From contig CAKOOJ010000002.1 of NCBI GenBank assembly GCA_934098385.1, positions 132,501-196,500 on the forward strand: a stretch of DNA of 64,000 nucleotides, in the 5' to 3' direction. The first letter of the stretch is position 1. Every line of letters begins with the position of its first letter. Shown here in pieces: positions 49,420 through 59,360 of this stretch. This DNA is from an uncultured Bacilli bacterium. Its GTDB lineage: Bacteria > Bacillota_I > Bacilli_A > RF39 > UBA660. The position numbers and the translations under genes are program-made. The notes under the pieces are model-generated. The model did no database searches, was not told the origin of the DNA, and worked only from the letters and a program-made list of their open reading frames with translations.

Positions 49420-49494
49420 GTGTTCAAAAATTTAGAAAAATTTATGAATAGAATCATTGTTATTTTAATATTACTCTTCTTGGATAAAGAATAA
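49420..49494 (+). CDS. Candidate type I toxin: 24-aa hydrophobic peptide MFKNLEKFMNRIIVILILLFLDKE
   Basis: GTG start 5 nt after AAGGTGGTGA. One TM-length hydrophobic core with charged ends. Unlisted because it is below the track size cutoff. Confidence 0.5.
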   Translation: MFKNLEKFMNRIIVILILLFLDKE

Positions 49495-49502
49495 TTAAAT
49501 TA

Positions 49503-49586
49503 AAATAAAAACATCCGCCACTCAGTTAGGACGGATTTCTACTCTCAGGGTAGACATCTAACCTACAGGGGGTAGACGTTCTACTT
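49503..49586 (-). ncRNA. Candidate antisense antitoxin sRNA 1 (about 85 nt)
   Basis: Minus-strand promoter TTGACA (49621-49616)-17 nt-TATTAT (49598-49593). Minus-strand-only intrinsic terminator: hairpin over 49512-49537 followed by TTTTTATTTTA. Fully complementary to the 3' region of the peptide mRNA. Confidence 0.5.
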
Positions 49587-49798
49587 GATTAAATAATAGC
49601 ATTTGATATAGTGATTGTCAAATGTTTTTTTATGTAGATTTTACTAAAAATGTAGAAATATGATAAGTTTTTAGAAGTTTTGTCGAATGACTTTATTTTA
49701 TTATTAGATTGTATTAGTATAACAAATCGAACGTCTGGGTTGATGTCTGCCTTACTAACTGAATTAATAAAGAGTAAAAGTAGTAAGGTGGTGATATT

Positions 49799-49873
49799 GT
49801 GTTCAAAAATTTAGAAAAATTTATGAATAGAATCATTGTTATTTTAATATTACTCTTCTTAGATAAAGAATAA
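49799..49873 (+). CDS. Candidate type I toxin copy 2 (identical 24-aa peptide)
   Basis: Same RBS and GTG start. The only coding difference from copy 1 is TTG to TTA (Leu to Leu). Confidence 0.5.
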   Translation: MFKNLEKFMNRIIVILILLFLDKE

Positions 49874-49881
49874 TTAAATTA

Positions 49882-49966
49882 AAATAAAAACATCCGCCAC
49901 TCAGTTAGGACGGATGTCTGACCAACAAAGGTAGACATCTAACCTACAGGGGGTAGACGTTCTACT
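49882..49966 (-). ncRNA. Candidate antisense antitoxin sRNA 2
   Basis: Minus-strand TTGACA (50002-49997)-18 nt-TATTAT (49978-49973). Terminator hairpin CATCCGTCC...GGCGGATG (49891-49916) followed by TTTTTATTTT. Confidence 0.5.
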
Positions 49967-50021
49967 GATTAAATAATAGCATTTATTGTATATAGTTGTC
50001 AATTAATAATGGAGGGTTTTG

Positions 50022-50354
50022 ATGAAAAATAAATTACAGATAATTAATAAAATGTATCATGATGAAAGTATTAGAACTTATATTGTATTAGAAGATAAAA
50101 AGTATTATATAAGTATATATGATGTTGTATTAAAATTAACTAATTATAAAAATATACAATCTTTTATAGTACGTTTAAAAAAGAAATTATTATTAGAACA
50201 AAACAAAGTTGTTTATAATTTTAAAACTTTTAATTTAGTAAAAAAAGGAGAAGGTAGGTATAAGAAAACTGAAATGATAGATTTTGATAGTTTAATAATT
50301 ATATTAGATTATATTCCTGTTAGAAATAAGGAATATGTAAAAGAATTTGAGTAG
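50022..50354 (+). CDS. Small protein with Bro-N/DinD-like N-terminal domain (weak by-eye similarity)
   Basis: ESIRTY..EDKKYYISIYDVVLKLTNYKN fits the Bro-N pattern IR....g..wf...Dv...Lgy.n. RBS GGAGGG. Confidence 0.35.
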   Translation: MKNKLQIINKMYHDESIRTYIVLEDKKYYISIYDVVLKLTNYKNIQSFIVRLKKKLLLEQNKVVYNFKTFNLVKKGEGRYKKTEMIDFDSLIIILDYIPVRNKEYVKEFE

Positions 50355-50411
50355 TTTATTTTGTTATAATTATTTATAATATGTGTTATAATTTGTTTAG
50401 ATAAGTATTTT

Positions 50412-50642
50412 ATGAATTATAAATTTAAAGAAATTGAGGTGTTTTTTATAAATAGTGAAAAAATTGTTAAAATTTATTCAAAACCTTCTAATGGTGATTT
50501 TGTAGTAGCTGAGGATAAGTTAAATGATTTTTTAAATGTTAAAAGTGATGAAAATATTTTAAATATTATTAGGAATGAAGAAACTATGCCTACTAACATT
50601 AAAGTGAAGGTGTTGCGATATAAAAATGACAATTCTAGATAG
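50412..50642 (+). CDS. Hypothetical 76-aa protein
   Basis: ORF only; no recognisable motif. Confidence 0.3.
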   Translation: MNYKFKEIEVFFINSEKIVKIYSKPSNGDFVVAEDKLNDFLNVKSDENILNIIRNEETMPTNIKVKVLRYKNDNSR

Positions 50643-50723
50643 GAATAAATGTACGTATTTCAAATTTGACAAAATACGTATTTTTTTGTATTATATATAT
50701 CAATTACTTAGGAGGGTTTGGTT

Positions 50724-51953
50724 ATGGATAATAAATATTTAGTAATTAATGGCGGTAGTAGTTCATTAAAGTTTTCTTTATATAATGATAAGAAAGAAGA
50801 ACTTGTTAATGGATATATACAAAAAATTGGTTTAGAAGATAGTTTTTACACATTAAAATATGATGGTAAAAAAATTGAGAAATCATGTAAAATAAGTAAT
50901 CATGTTGATGCTTGTAGTGTAATGATTAGTGAGTTATTGGATAATGGTTTTATTTTTGATATTAATGAGATTGCTGGCATTGGTCATAGGGTTTTGCATG
51001 GTGCTGAATTTTATAATGAATCAGTTCTAATTGATGATGAAGTAATAAACAATTTAAAATCTATAATTGATTTAGGAGGACTTCATTTACCCGGTGAAAT
51101 ATCTATTATTGAGTGTATGAAAAGTGTTCTTCCTGATGTTGCACAAGTTGCTGTATTTGATACAGCTTTTCATCAAACTATGAAAAGTGATAGGTATATA
51201 TATCCAATAAAATATGAATATTATGAAAAATATGGTGTTCGTAAATATGGTTTTCATGGAACAAGTTATAATTATATAAATAATGTTATGAAAGAAAAAT
51301 TAGAAATTGAGAATCCTAATTTAATTGTATGTCATATAGGTAGTGGCGCTAGTGTTTGTGCTATAGAAAATGGTGAATGCGTTGATACTAGTATGGGTTT
51401 AACTCCACTAGATGGTTTGATGATGGGAACTCGTTCTGGATCAATTGATCCTGCAATTGTAGATTATTTGGTGAAGAAAACAGGAAAAAGTGTTGATGAA
51501 ATCAATGATGAATTGAATAAACAATCTGGTATGGTTGGGTTATGTGGTAAAAGTGATTTAAGAGATGTAGATGAACTTATAAATAAGTGTAATAAAAAAG
51601 CAATATTGGCAATGAAAATTTATATTAACTCAATAATTAAATATATTGCAGAATATTATTTCTTATTGCAAGGTGACGTTAATGCAATTGTGTTTACTGC
51701 TGGTGTTGGAGAAAATAATAGTTATGTTAGAAGAGAAGTTGTCAACTATATTTCTAATATAATAGGAAGTAAGTTAAATAATGAAATGAATGATAGTATT
51801 GCTAGTTTTAAAAATATAAAAGAAGGTATAATAACTACAGATGATTCTAGATGTCCTGTCTATGTGGTTCCAACAGATGAAGAAAGTATGATTTTAACAG
51901 ATACTATTAGATTGACTAAAAATGATAAAAAATTAATAAAAAAAAGAAAATAG
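50724..51953 (+). CDS. ackA: Acetate kinase
   Basis: LVINGGSSSLKFS, GHRVLHGAE, FDTAFHQTM, YGFHGTSY, VCHIGSGASV, GVGENN motifs. RBS AGGAGGG 8 nt before ATG 50724. Confidence 0.95.
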   Translation: MDNKYLVINGGSSSLKFSLYNDKKEELVNGYIQKIGLEDSFYTLKYDGKKIEKSCKISNHVDACSVMISELLDNGFIFDINEIAGIGHRVLHGAEFYNESVLIDDEVINNLKSIIDLGGLHLPGEISIIECMKSVLPDVAQVAVFDTAFHQTMKSDRYIYPIKYEYYEKYGVRKYGFHGTSYNYINNVMKEKLEIENPNLIVCHIGSGASVCAIENGECVDTSMGLTPLDGLMMGTRSGSIDPAIVDYLVKKTGKSVDEINDELNKQSGMVGLCGKSDLRDVDELINKCNKKAILAMKIYINSIIKYIAEYYFLLQGDVNAIVFTAGVGENNSYVRREVVNYISNIIGSKLNNEMNDSIASFKNIKEGIITTDDSRCPVYVVPTDEESMILTDTIRLTKNDKKLIKKRK

Positions 51954-51975
51954 ATAAAGTAAAAGGGGTTTTTAA

Positions 51976-52695
51976 ATGGTTATTAATGATAGTTTTATAG
52001 ATAAAAATGGAAAAAAATATGATGGTGTGATAGAGAAAGCTTTTGAAAAAGATGAATTATTTGATATTGGTAAATTTAAACATCAAACTGAAAGGGAAAA
52101 AACTGTCTTTGGAAAAGAAAATGGAGTTTATATTTATCAAGATATAGAAAATGATAATTTAGCTTATAGAATTTATGATGAATTTGCAGAATATGGTTTT
52201 AATGGATATCATGATGATGTACTAATTTATGAATTAAATAAAAGAAGAGAAAATGTAAAATTAACAGATTTTCCCAATGGTATAGTTACGTACAATGGCA
52301 ATATTATTGGACAAATAATTCCTTATTATCCAAATAGTGAAACTATATTTAGTTATGCAAAAGAAACTAATAATATTAATATAATTAAATATTATAGAAG
52401 AATGCTTGATATTTTAATAGAACTTTATAATAATGGTATTATTTATTGTGATGCTCATGCTAAAAATTTTCTGATAGTAAATAATAAAGTTAAATTGATA
52501 GATTTTGATTTTTCTTTGATGGATTTTAATAATTATAAATATAAATATGAAAATATGATAAATACTTTTATCGGTATGGTGAATACTTTAAATGAAATAA
52601 TTAACGTTTCTTATAAAGTTAGTTATAATGATATTAGGGATTTACATGATATTGAAGAAGTTGTTTTAGAAATGGAGAAAAAACTAATCAAATAG
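51976..52695 (+). CDS. Protein-kinase-like fold protein (Kdo/RIO/APH-like)
   Basis: Catalytic-loop-like CDAHAKNFLI and metal-binding LIDFDFS; no N-terminal Gly-rich loop recognised. Confidence 0.45.
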   Translation: MVINDSFIDKNGKKYDGVIEKAFEKDELFDIGKFKHQTEREKTVFGKENGVYIYQDIENDNLAYRIYDEFAEYGFNGYHDDVLIYELNKRRENVKLTDFPNGIVTYNGNIIGQIIPYYPNSETIFSYAKETNNINIIKYYRRMLDILIELYNNGIIYCDAHAKNFLIVNNKVKLIDFDFSLMDFNNYKYKYENMINTFIGMVNTLNEIINVSYKVSYNDIRDLHDIEEVVLEMEKKLIK

Positions 52696-52766
52696 TGTTT
52701 TTTTCTTGCAAAACTATATTATTTGTTGTATGATTAACTAGTTATAAAAAAAGGGAAGTGTTTAAA

Positions 52767-54569
52767 ATGGATAAAATAATTAATGTTGCTGTTGTTGCTC
52801 ACGTTGATGCCGGAAAAAGTACTTTAGTAGATGCATTACTTGAACAAAATGGTGTTTTTAGAGAAAATGAAGAAGTTGTAGATTGTGTAATGGATTCTAA
52901 CGATCTTGAAAGAGAAAGAGGTATTACAATTTATTCTAAGAATTGTGCTATAAGATATAAGGATTATAAAATAAATATTGTTGATACTCCAGGACATGCT
53001 GATTTTTCAAGTGAAGTTGAACGTGTTATTAAAACTGTAGATACTGTTATATTAATAGTTGATAGTGCAGAAGGTCCTATGCCTCAAACTAGATTTGTTT
53101 TAAATAAAGCTTTGGAACAAAATTTAAGACCTATATTATTTATTAATAAAATAGATAAAAAAGATGCTAGACCAGAAGAAGTTGTTAATATGACATTTGA
53201 TTTATTCTGTGATTTAAATGCTAATGATGAACAATTAGATTTTCCAATTGTTTATGGTATTGCAAAACAAGGTAAATCTACTAGAGATTTAAATAATATG
53301 GAAGATTCTATTAGTCCACTTTTGGATACTGTTTTAGAACAAGTAAAACCATTTGAAGGTAATGAAAATGATGATTTACAATTACAAATAAGTCAATTAG
53401 ATTATGATGATTATATTGGTAGACTTGGTATTGGTAGAGTTAATAAAGGAATGATTAAAGCTGGAGAAAATGTTACTTTAATTAGTAATGATGGTAAAGA
53501 ATCTAGTTTTAGAATTAGCAAATTATTTGTTAATGAAGGTATTAATAGAGTAGAGAAAAAAGAAGCATATTATGGTGATATAGTTACTATTGCTGGATGT
53601 AGTACTATAAGTATAGGTGATACTGTATGTAGTTTAGGTAAACCTAATCCATTACCTCCAATACATATTGATAGACCTACATTATCTATGAATTTCTTAG
53701 TTAATAATAGTCCTTTTGCTGGACAAAGTGGTAAGTTTTTAACTAATAGACATTTAAGAGAAAGATTAGAAAAAGAACTTGAAACTAATGTTGGTTTAGA
53801 AGTAGAAGAATTAGAAAATAGTGATGGTTTTAAAGTTAGTGGTCGTGGTGAATTACATTTATCTGTACTTTTAGAAAATATGAGAAGAGAAGGATATGAA
53901 TTATCTGTTTCAAAACCTCAAGTATTAATCGAAGAAATTGATGGTGTTAAATGTGAACCATTTGAAAAAGTAATTGTTAATACTCCTAGTGATTATGCTA
54001 GTACAATTATAAGTGATTTACAAGAAAGAAAAGGATTACTTTTATCAATGCAAACTACTGATGATAATTACACTCATATGGAATTTAGTGCTCCTACACG
54101 TGGTTTAATTGGTTATAGAAGTGCATTTATAACTAATACTAAAGGTGAAGGTGTTATGGTTCGTAGTTTTGATGAATATAAACCTTATGCTGGTGATTTA
54201 ACTACTCGTAAAAATGGTGTGTTAGTTTCAATGGAAACTGGTAAGACTTTAGGATATTCTTTATTCAATTTACAAGATAGAGGTACATTGATTGTTGGAC
54301 CAGCAACTGATGTTTATGTTGGCATGGTTGTTGGTATAAATAATCGTGATAACGATTTAAATGTTAATCCTTGTAAAAATAAAGAAATGTCTAATACAAG
54401 AAGTAAAAGTAGTGATGATGCTATTCAACTAGTACCACCAAAAACATTCTCATTAGAAGAAGCTTTAGAATTTATTGAAGATGATGAATATGTTGAAGTT
54501 ACACCTGATGCAATTAGAATAAGAAAAGCTATATTAGATCCTAAAGATAGATATAGAAATAATAGATGA
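52767..54569 (+). CDS. typA: Translational GTPase TypA/BipA
   Basis: [23 protein letters not shown]-motifs and EF-G-like domains. Confidence 0.95.
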   Translation: MDKIINVAVVAHVDAGKSTLVDALLEQNGVFRENEEVVDCVMDSNDLERERGITIYSKNCAIRYKDYKINIVDTPGHADFSSEVERVIKTVDTVILIVDSAEGPMPQTRFVLNKALEQNLRPILFINKIDKKDARPEEVVNMTFDLFCDLNANDEQLDFPIVYGIAKQGKSTRDLNNMEDSISPLLDTVLEQVKPFEGNENDDLQLQISQLDYDDYIGRLGIGRVNKGMIKAGENVTLISNDGKESSFRISKLFVNEGINRVEKKEAYYGDIVTIAGCSTISIGDTVCSLGKPNPLPPIHIDRPTLSMNFLVNNSPFAGQSGKFLTNRHLRERLEKELETNVGLEVEELENSDGFKVSGRGELHLSVLLENMRREGYELSVSKPQVLIEEIDGVKCEPFEKVIVNTPSDYASTIISDLQERKGLLLSMQTTDDNYTHMEFSAPTRGLIGYRSAFITNTKGEGVMVRSFDEYKPYAGDLTTRKNGVLVSMETGKTLGYSLFNLQDRGTLIVGPATDVYVGMVVGINNRDNDLNVNPCKNKEMSNTRSKSSDDAIQLVPPKTFSLEEALEFIEDDEYVEVTPDAIRIRKAILDPKDRYRNNR

Positions 54570-54664
54570 TAAAATGAGTTTCTAGTTTTTAGAGCTCTTT
54601 TTTGTTTAAAAACATACAAGATAATTGAAATTATAATTATTTTTGTATAATAAATTTATGGGAG

Positions 54665-55047
54665 GTGATTTTGATAGATGATTACATATCACCATTTGAA
54701 ATAACTAATTTAATGTTAGAAAGAGTTTCTTCTATAATGAAAAAAGTAGGTAAAATAGATAATTATAATGATTTAAATAAAATACCTATATTAAGAAGAA
54801 ATAATATAATTAAATCTATTCATTCATCTTTAGCAATTGAAGCAATTCTTTATCTTTTATTGAAGTAAAGGATGTTATGGATTTTGGAGTTTTATATACA
54901 AAAAAAGAATTAATGAATTTACTAAATATGAAATCTAGAGTTTTATTTAGAAAAAGGTTATTTGTTGCCAGCGATAGAAAAGGTTTAATCAAAATGAGTT
55001 TGCCAAATAGCCCAACAAGTAAAAATCGAACATATTACAAGCAATAA
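54665..55047 (+). pseudogene. Fic-family gene remnant (N-terminal and C-terminal fragments, catalytic core deleted)
   Basis: 54665-54868 encodes a Fic N-terminal region ending ...IKSIHSSLAIEA (Fic proteins continue SSxIEGNxL) and then stops. A second frame, 54877-55047, encodes MDFGV...RKGLIKMSLPNSPTSKNRTYYKQ, resembling the Fic C-terminal wHTH tail (..GLIEMT.PDKP.S..QKY..). No HxFxxGNGR core lies between. Confidence 0.6.
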
Positions 55048-55071
55048 TAAAAGATGTTTAAGCAATTAGTT

Positions 55072-56316
55072 TTAAACATCTTTTTTCTTTGTAAATTCAT
55101 TTGATAATAAATTATTTTTTTCTACTCTTTTAAATCCCCAGTTGTTAATTATTAAATCTAGTTCTCCAATATATTCAACTATTTCTGGATTAAATCCTAT
55201 TTTAAATCTATTTAATCCTTTGAATTTAGAATCGTCTGTAAAGTCATCTGCTATACCGTTTATGTCACATATATCGTAATCATTTTTATACATTTCAAAT
55301 ATTTTATGATGTAGGAAGTAATTTGGATTTAAATAATTATATTTTTTATCTACACCAGCAATAAAAATACTAGTTTTGTTTTTATATTTAATTACAATAG
55401 CTCCTGCAATATATGTTACCTCATTTTTTTTCATTCCTTCTGTAGCATATATTACATCTTGTTTGTATTGTTCTAATGCTTTGTCTGAATTCATTTTTTC
55501 ATTTAAGTTTTTTTCGCTAGTGTCTGTTCTTAAACGAGCATTTAGCTCTTCATTTTTAATTTGTTCATCTTCTACTCTTTTTTTGGCATTTATCAAATAG
55601 GCTTCATAATTTACCTTGACTAGTAGTAAATCTGCTAACTCATTTCTTTTGAAACTATTATAAATGTTTCTATAATAATTAACATTTCTATCTTTCATAT
55701 TTTTTATGAATTCATATAATATTTCAATTTTAGTTCCATCTGCTATTTCAAGTTCAAGTCCGTTTGTTTCGCTTTTTAGTATATTACTTCTAAATTTCTT
55801 ATCTAATTTATTTACGTCGTATTCTTTTAAATTTACTAATGCAGTTAATTTTGGTTGTAATAGCTCAAGTGGTGTTAGTTCTTTTCTTTTTTTAAATCCT
55901 AAACTTTTTAAATTATCTAAAATAGTTATGTTTTCATTTGTTATTCTTTCAAAATTATTTTTATAATCAATTGTAGCTATAGGTATTTCTGGATTAATTT
56001 TTAAAAATATTATTTTTTTTCTTTTATAATATCTTATTAAATTTCTTGTAAATTTTTTAACTAATTCAGTATCATTGTAATCAATTATATATCCTTTTGG
56101 ACAATATGCATAATAGTACCTTTTGCCTATTTTTTTTGTTAAGAACATACCTGCAGCAAGTATTTCTAAATCATTTGTAGTGTAAGCAACGAAGGAATAA
56201 TCAAATCCTGTTTCTGACATGACCATACCATAATTTGCTGTTTGACAATAATTACTATATGAATTTTTATTTGCAAATTCCTCAAATTTTTCTTTACTTA
56301 TTTCTATCATTTTCAT
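55072..56316 (-). CDS. FemAB-family peptidoglycan interpeptide-bridge aminoacyltransferase
   Basis: 414 aa. N- and C-terminal GNAT-like halves separated by a coiled-coil insert (RVEDEQIKNEELNARLR...). YYAYCPKGYIIDY, IFLKINPE and IAGAIVIKYKN..SIFIAGVD patterns typical of FemX/FemA. Confidence 0.7.
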   Translation of the reverse strand: MKMIEISKEKFEEFANKNSYSNYCQTANYGMVMSETGFDYSFVAYTTNDLEILAAGMFLTKKIGKRYYYAYCPKGYIIDYNDTELVKKFTRNLIRYYKRKKIIFLKINPEIPIATIDYKNNFERITNENITILDNLKSLGFKKRKELTPLELLQPKLTALVNLKEYDVNKLDKKFRSNILKSETNGLELEIADGTKIEILYEFIKNMKDRNVNYYRNIYNSFKRNELADLLLVKVNYEAYLINAKKRVEDEQIKNEELNARLRTDTSEKNLNEKMNSDKALEQYKQDVIYATEGMKKNEVTYIAGAIVIKYKNKTSIFIAGVDKKYNYLNPNYFLHHKIFEMYKNDYDICDINGIADDFTDDSKFKGLNRFKIGFNPEIVEYIGELDLIINNWGFKRVEKNNLLSNEFTKKKDV

Positions 56317-56489
56317 GCTTATTCACCTATTTATAATTATAGCAAATATGCAGTTTATTGACAATTTAAATTTAGTGTGATAAATTAAATTTATATTTTA
56401 TTACTTATTTTATTACTTATTTGTTGAAATGTAAGTAAATATGTGGTAAATTAGTTATTGAATTTATTGAGTTAACGGAAGGTGATTAA

Positions 56490-56705
56490 ATGGAAACTGT
56501 ATTAATGGTTGTTTCGATATTATTAATAGTATTAGTTTTATTACAAAGTAATAAGGCTAGCAATGGAGCACAAATAATAAGTGGTGGTAATGCTGATTTA
56601 TTTTCTAAACAAAAAGAGAGAGGATCAGAATTATTCATTACTAGATTAACTGCTGTTTTAGGAGCTATATTCTTTATAATATCATTTATATTATATATTA
56701 AATAA
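56490..56705 (+). CDS. secG: Preprotein translocase subunit SecG
   Basis: 71 aa; LIVLVLLQSNKASNG...GGNADLF...ERGSELFITRLTAVLGAIFF is typical SecG; secG-rnr-smpB order as in Bacillus. Confidence 0.88.
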   Translation: METVLMVVSILLIVLVLLQSNKASNGAQIISGGNADLFSKQKERGSELFITRLTAVLGAIFFIISFILYIK

Positions 56706-56782
56706 GTTTACACTTTTAAGCATGAATATTATAGTATTTATGCTTTTTTAATGATATAATTTTTAAAAGGGTATGTGATATT

Positions 56783-58897
56783 ATGAAAGAACAAGTAATT
56801 AATGTTATGAGTGATAGATATGAAGCACTTGATGTAATAGAAATTAATGATTTATTAGAATTAACTAGTCCTGAAGATTTAAGTAGATTAAATAATGTTT
56901 TATGTGAATTAGAAAAAGATGGTGTCGTTTATAAAACTAAAAAGGATAAATATATTTTATTTAAGAATTGTCCTAGTTTAAAAGCAGGTATATTATCTTT
57001 AAATAAAAAAGGATTTGGTTTTCTAATTATTAAAGATGGAGAAGATATATATATTGATAAAGATAATATTAATGGTGCTGTTAATGATGATAGAGTATTA
57101 GTTGAAATAATTAATAATCATGGTAAAACTGAGGGTAGAGTACTTAGAGTTTTAAATAGAGATTTAAGTAATTTGATTGGTGAAATATATTTTGTCAATA
57201 ATAAACCTTTTGTTAAGTTGGAGGATAAGAATAAAAAGTTAGATATTAAGTTAGATCCTAAGAGTAGAAATGGTTTAGTGGAAGGCACTAAAGTAATTGT
57301 GAGTATTACTAAAGAAATGTCTAAGAATAAGTATATGGGTAGGGTAACTACTGTTATAGGTCATAAAGATGATCCTGGTGTTGATATTAAGTTAGTTGCT
57401 TATAAATATGGTATTTATGAAGAGTTTAGTAAAAAGGCAATCGAACAAACAGAAGCTATACCTAGTGTTGTAGGGGATAGTGAATTAAAGGGTAGAACTG
57501 ATTTAACTAATGAAGTTATATTTACTATTGATGGTGATGATACTAAGGATATAGATGATGCAATTAGTTATAAATTTGAAAATGGGTTACATGTTTTAGG
57601 AGTCCATATTGCCGATGTTTCATATTATGTTACTGAAAATAGTTATCTTGATAAGGACGCTTTAAGTCGTGGTACTAGTTCTTATTTGGCAGATAGTGTT
57701 ATACCTATGCTTCCTCATAAATTATCAAACGGTATTTGTTCTTTGAATGAAGGTGTTGTTAGACTTACTCAATCTTGTGTTATGAAAATAAATAGTGAAG
57801 GTAATGTTGTTAATTATGATATATTTCCATCATTTATAAAATCTAGAAAGAAAATGACTTATAAGAAAGTTAATGATATTATTATGCGTAATGTTGTTGA
57901 TTCTAGTTATGAGGAATTTAGTGATATTTTAAAACAAATGAATGAGTTAGCACATATATTACGTAGAAATAAAGTTAAAAGAGGGTATATAGATTTTGAT
58001 TTAGATGAAGCAAAGATTATTGTTGATGAAGATAAGAATGTTGTTGGAATAGAAAAAAGAGTTAGAGAAGATGCAGAACGTATGATTGAAGATTTTATGA
58101 TTGCTGCTAATGAAACTGTTGCAACACATATTTATAATATGGATTTACCATTTATTTATAGAGTTCATGATGTTCCTAATGCTGATAAGATTGATAAATT
58201 TTTAAAATTAGTTAGTTTACTTGGATATAAAGTTAATGGAAAAGTTAAAGATTTAACTCCAGTAAGTATGCAAAAATTATTAAATCAATTAAAAGATGTT
58301 CCTCAATATAAAATACTTTCTAGTATGTTATTACGTAGTATGAGAAAGGCTATATATCAAAAGGATAATATAGGACATTTTGGATTGGGTAGCAAATGTT
58401 ATACTCATTTTACATCACCTATTAGACGTTATCCAGATTTAGAAGTTCATAGATTGTTAAGAAAATATTTATATGAAAATAAAATTGATAATGAAACTAT
58501 TGATTATTATAATGCTAACTTAGATTATATTGCAGGACAGGCTAGTGAAAGAGAACAGGCTAGTGTTGATGCAGAACGTGAAGTTGATGATATGAAAATG
58601 GCTGAATATATGGAAAAACATATTGGAGAAGAATTTGATGGTGTTATAAGTGGTGTGGAATCTTTTGGATTATTTGTTGAATTAGATAATTTAATTGAAG
58701 GTTTAGTCCATGTAAATAGTTTAAAGGGGGATTACTATAATTATGTTGAAGAACTATTATGTTTGATTGGACAAAATACTAAAAAACGTTATACTTTAGG
58801 AGATAAAGTGCGTGTAAAGGTAGTTGGCGCTAGTAAAGAGTCTAGAACTATTGATTTTGAGTTAGTGGGGGATAATAATGATGGAGATAAAGAATAG
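56783..58897 (+). CDS. rnr: Ribonuclease R
   Basis: Cold-shock domains, RNB domain (TIDGDDTKDIDDAIS, HFGLGSKCYTHFTSPIRRYPDLEVHR), C-terminal S1 domain. Confidence 0.95.
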   Translation: MKEQVINVMSDRYEALDVIEINDLLELTSPEDLSRLNNVLCELEKDGVVYKTKKDKYILFKNCPSLKAGILSLNKKGFGFLIIKDGEDIYIDKDNINGAVNDDRVLVEIINNHGKTEGRVLRVLNRDLSNLIGEIYFVNNKPFVKLEDKNKKLDIKLDPKSRNGLVEGTKVIVSITKEMSKNKYMGRVTTVIGHKDDPGVDIKLVAYKYGIYEEFSKKAIEQTEAIPSVVGDSELKGRTDLTNEVIFTIDGDDTKDIDDAISYKFENGLHVLGVHIADVSYYVTENSYLDKDALSRGTSSYLADSVIPMLPHKLSNGICSLNEGVVRLTQSCVMKINSEGNVVNYDIFPSFIKSRKKMTYKKVNDIIMRNVVDSSYEEFSDILKQMNELAHILRRNKVKRGYIDFDLDEAKIIVDEDKNVVGIEKRVREDAERMIEDFMIAANETVATHIYNMDLPFIYRVHDVPNADKIDKFLKLVSLLGYKVNGKVKDLTPVSMQKLLNQLKDVPQYKILSSMLLRSMRKAIYQKDNIGHFGLGSKCYTHFTSPIRRYPDLEVHRLLRKYLYENKIDNETIDYYNANLDYIAGQASEREQASVDAEREVDDMKMAEYMEKHIGEEFDGVISGVESFGLFVELDNLIEGLVHVNSLKGDYYNYVEELLCLIGQNTKKRYTLGDKVRVKVVGASKESRTIDFELVGDNNDGDKE

Positions 58898-59315
58898 AAA
58901 AGCTTATTTTGATTATTTTATTGAAAGAGAAATTGAATGTGGTATAGTTTTATCTGGTACAGAAATTAAATCAATTAGAAAAGGTAGTGCTAATTTAAAA
59001 GATACATATGCTAGAATTAAAAATGATGAAGTATTTGTTATAAATATGTATATTGCTCCTTATGAAGAGGGTAATAGATATAATGTTCCTGAAAGAAGAG
59101 AGCGAAAACTTTTATTAAAGAGAAATGAAATTGTTAAATTAAAAAGTGAAGTAATGAAAGATGGATATAGTTTAATACCACTTAAATTATATTTTAAAGG
59201 AAATTATGCTAAAATACTTCTTGGATTATGTAAGGGTAAAAAATTATATGATAAAAGAGAAAGTATTAAGGAACGTGATTTAAAAAGAGAAAATAAAAAT
59301 ATTAGTGTTTACTAG
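58878..59315 (+). CDS. smpB: SsrA-binding protein SmpB
   Basis: NRKAYFDYFIE..ECGIVLSGTEIKSIR, ...RRERKLLLKRNEI, typical SmpB. Confidence 0.93.
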   Translation: MMEIKNRKAYFDYFIEREIECGIVLSGTEIKSIRKGSANLKDTYARIKNDEVFVINMYIAPYEEGNRYNVPERRERKLLLKRNEIVKLKSEVMKDGYSLIPLKLYFKGNYAKILLGLCKGKKLYDKRESIKERDLKRENKNISVY

Positions 59316-59360
59316 TGTTTTTTATTTTATAAAATAAAAATAGAATATTGTTTAAACATT

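Larger units (their letters stand above)
49282..49604 (+). repeat. Direct repeat unit 1 (~323 bp) of candidate type I TA module
   Basis: Near-identical to 49661-49984 (offset 379-380). Differences: 49348 C/T, 49482 G/A (synonymous), a 13- versus 15-nt variable patch at 49537-49549, and one T indel at about 49585. Confidence 0.95.
49661..49984 (+). repeat. Direct repeat unit 2 of candidate type I TA module
   Basis: See unit 1. Confidence 0.95.

Noticed and set aside
49282-49984. The ~323-bp direct repeats as riboswitch/T-box leaders, an IS/MITE, or a duplicated 5' UTR of the downstream gene
   Set aside because: There is no recognisable riboswitch core and no terminal inverted repeats or target-site duplications. 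Only the second copy is adjacent to a gene. An RBS-preceded conserved mini-ORF plus a convergent promoter and terminator fits a type I TA better, but this remains unproven.
56398-56422. Tandem 12-mer TTATTACTTATT x2 upstream of secG
   Set aside because: There are only two copies of a low-complexity AT-rich unit in a promoter region, with no further structure or coding potential.
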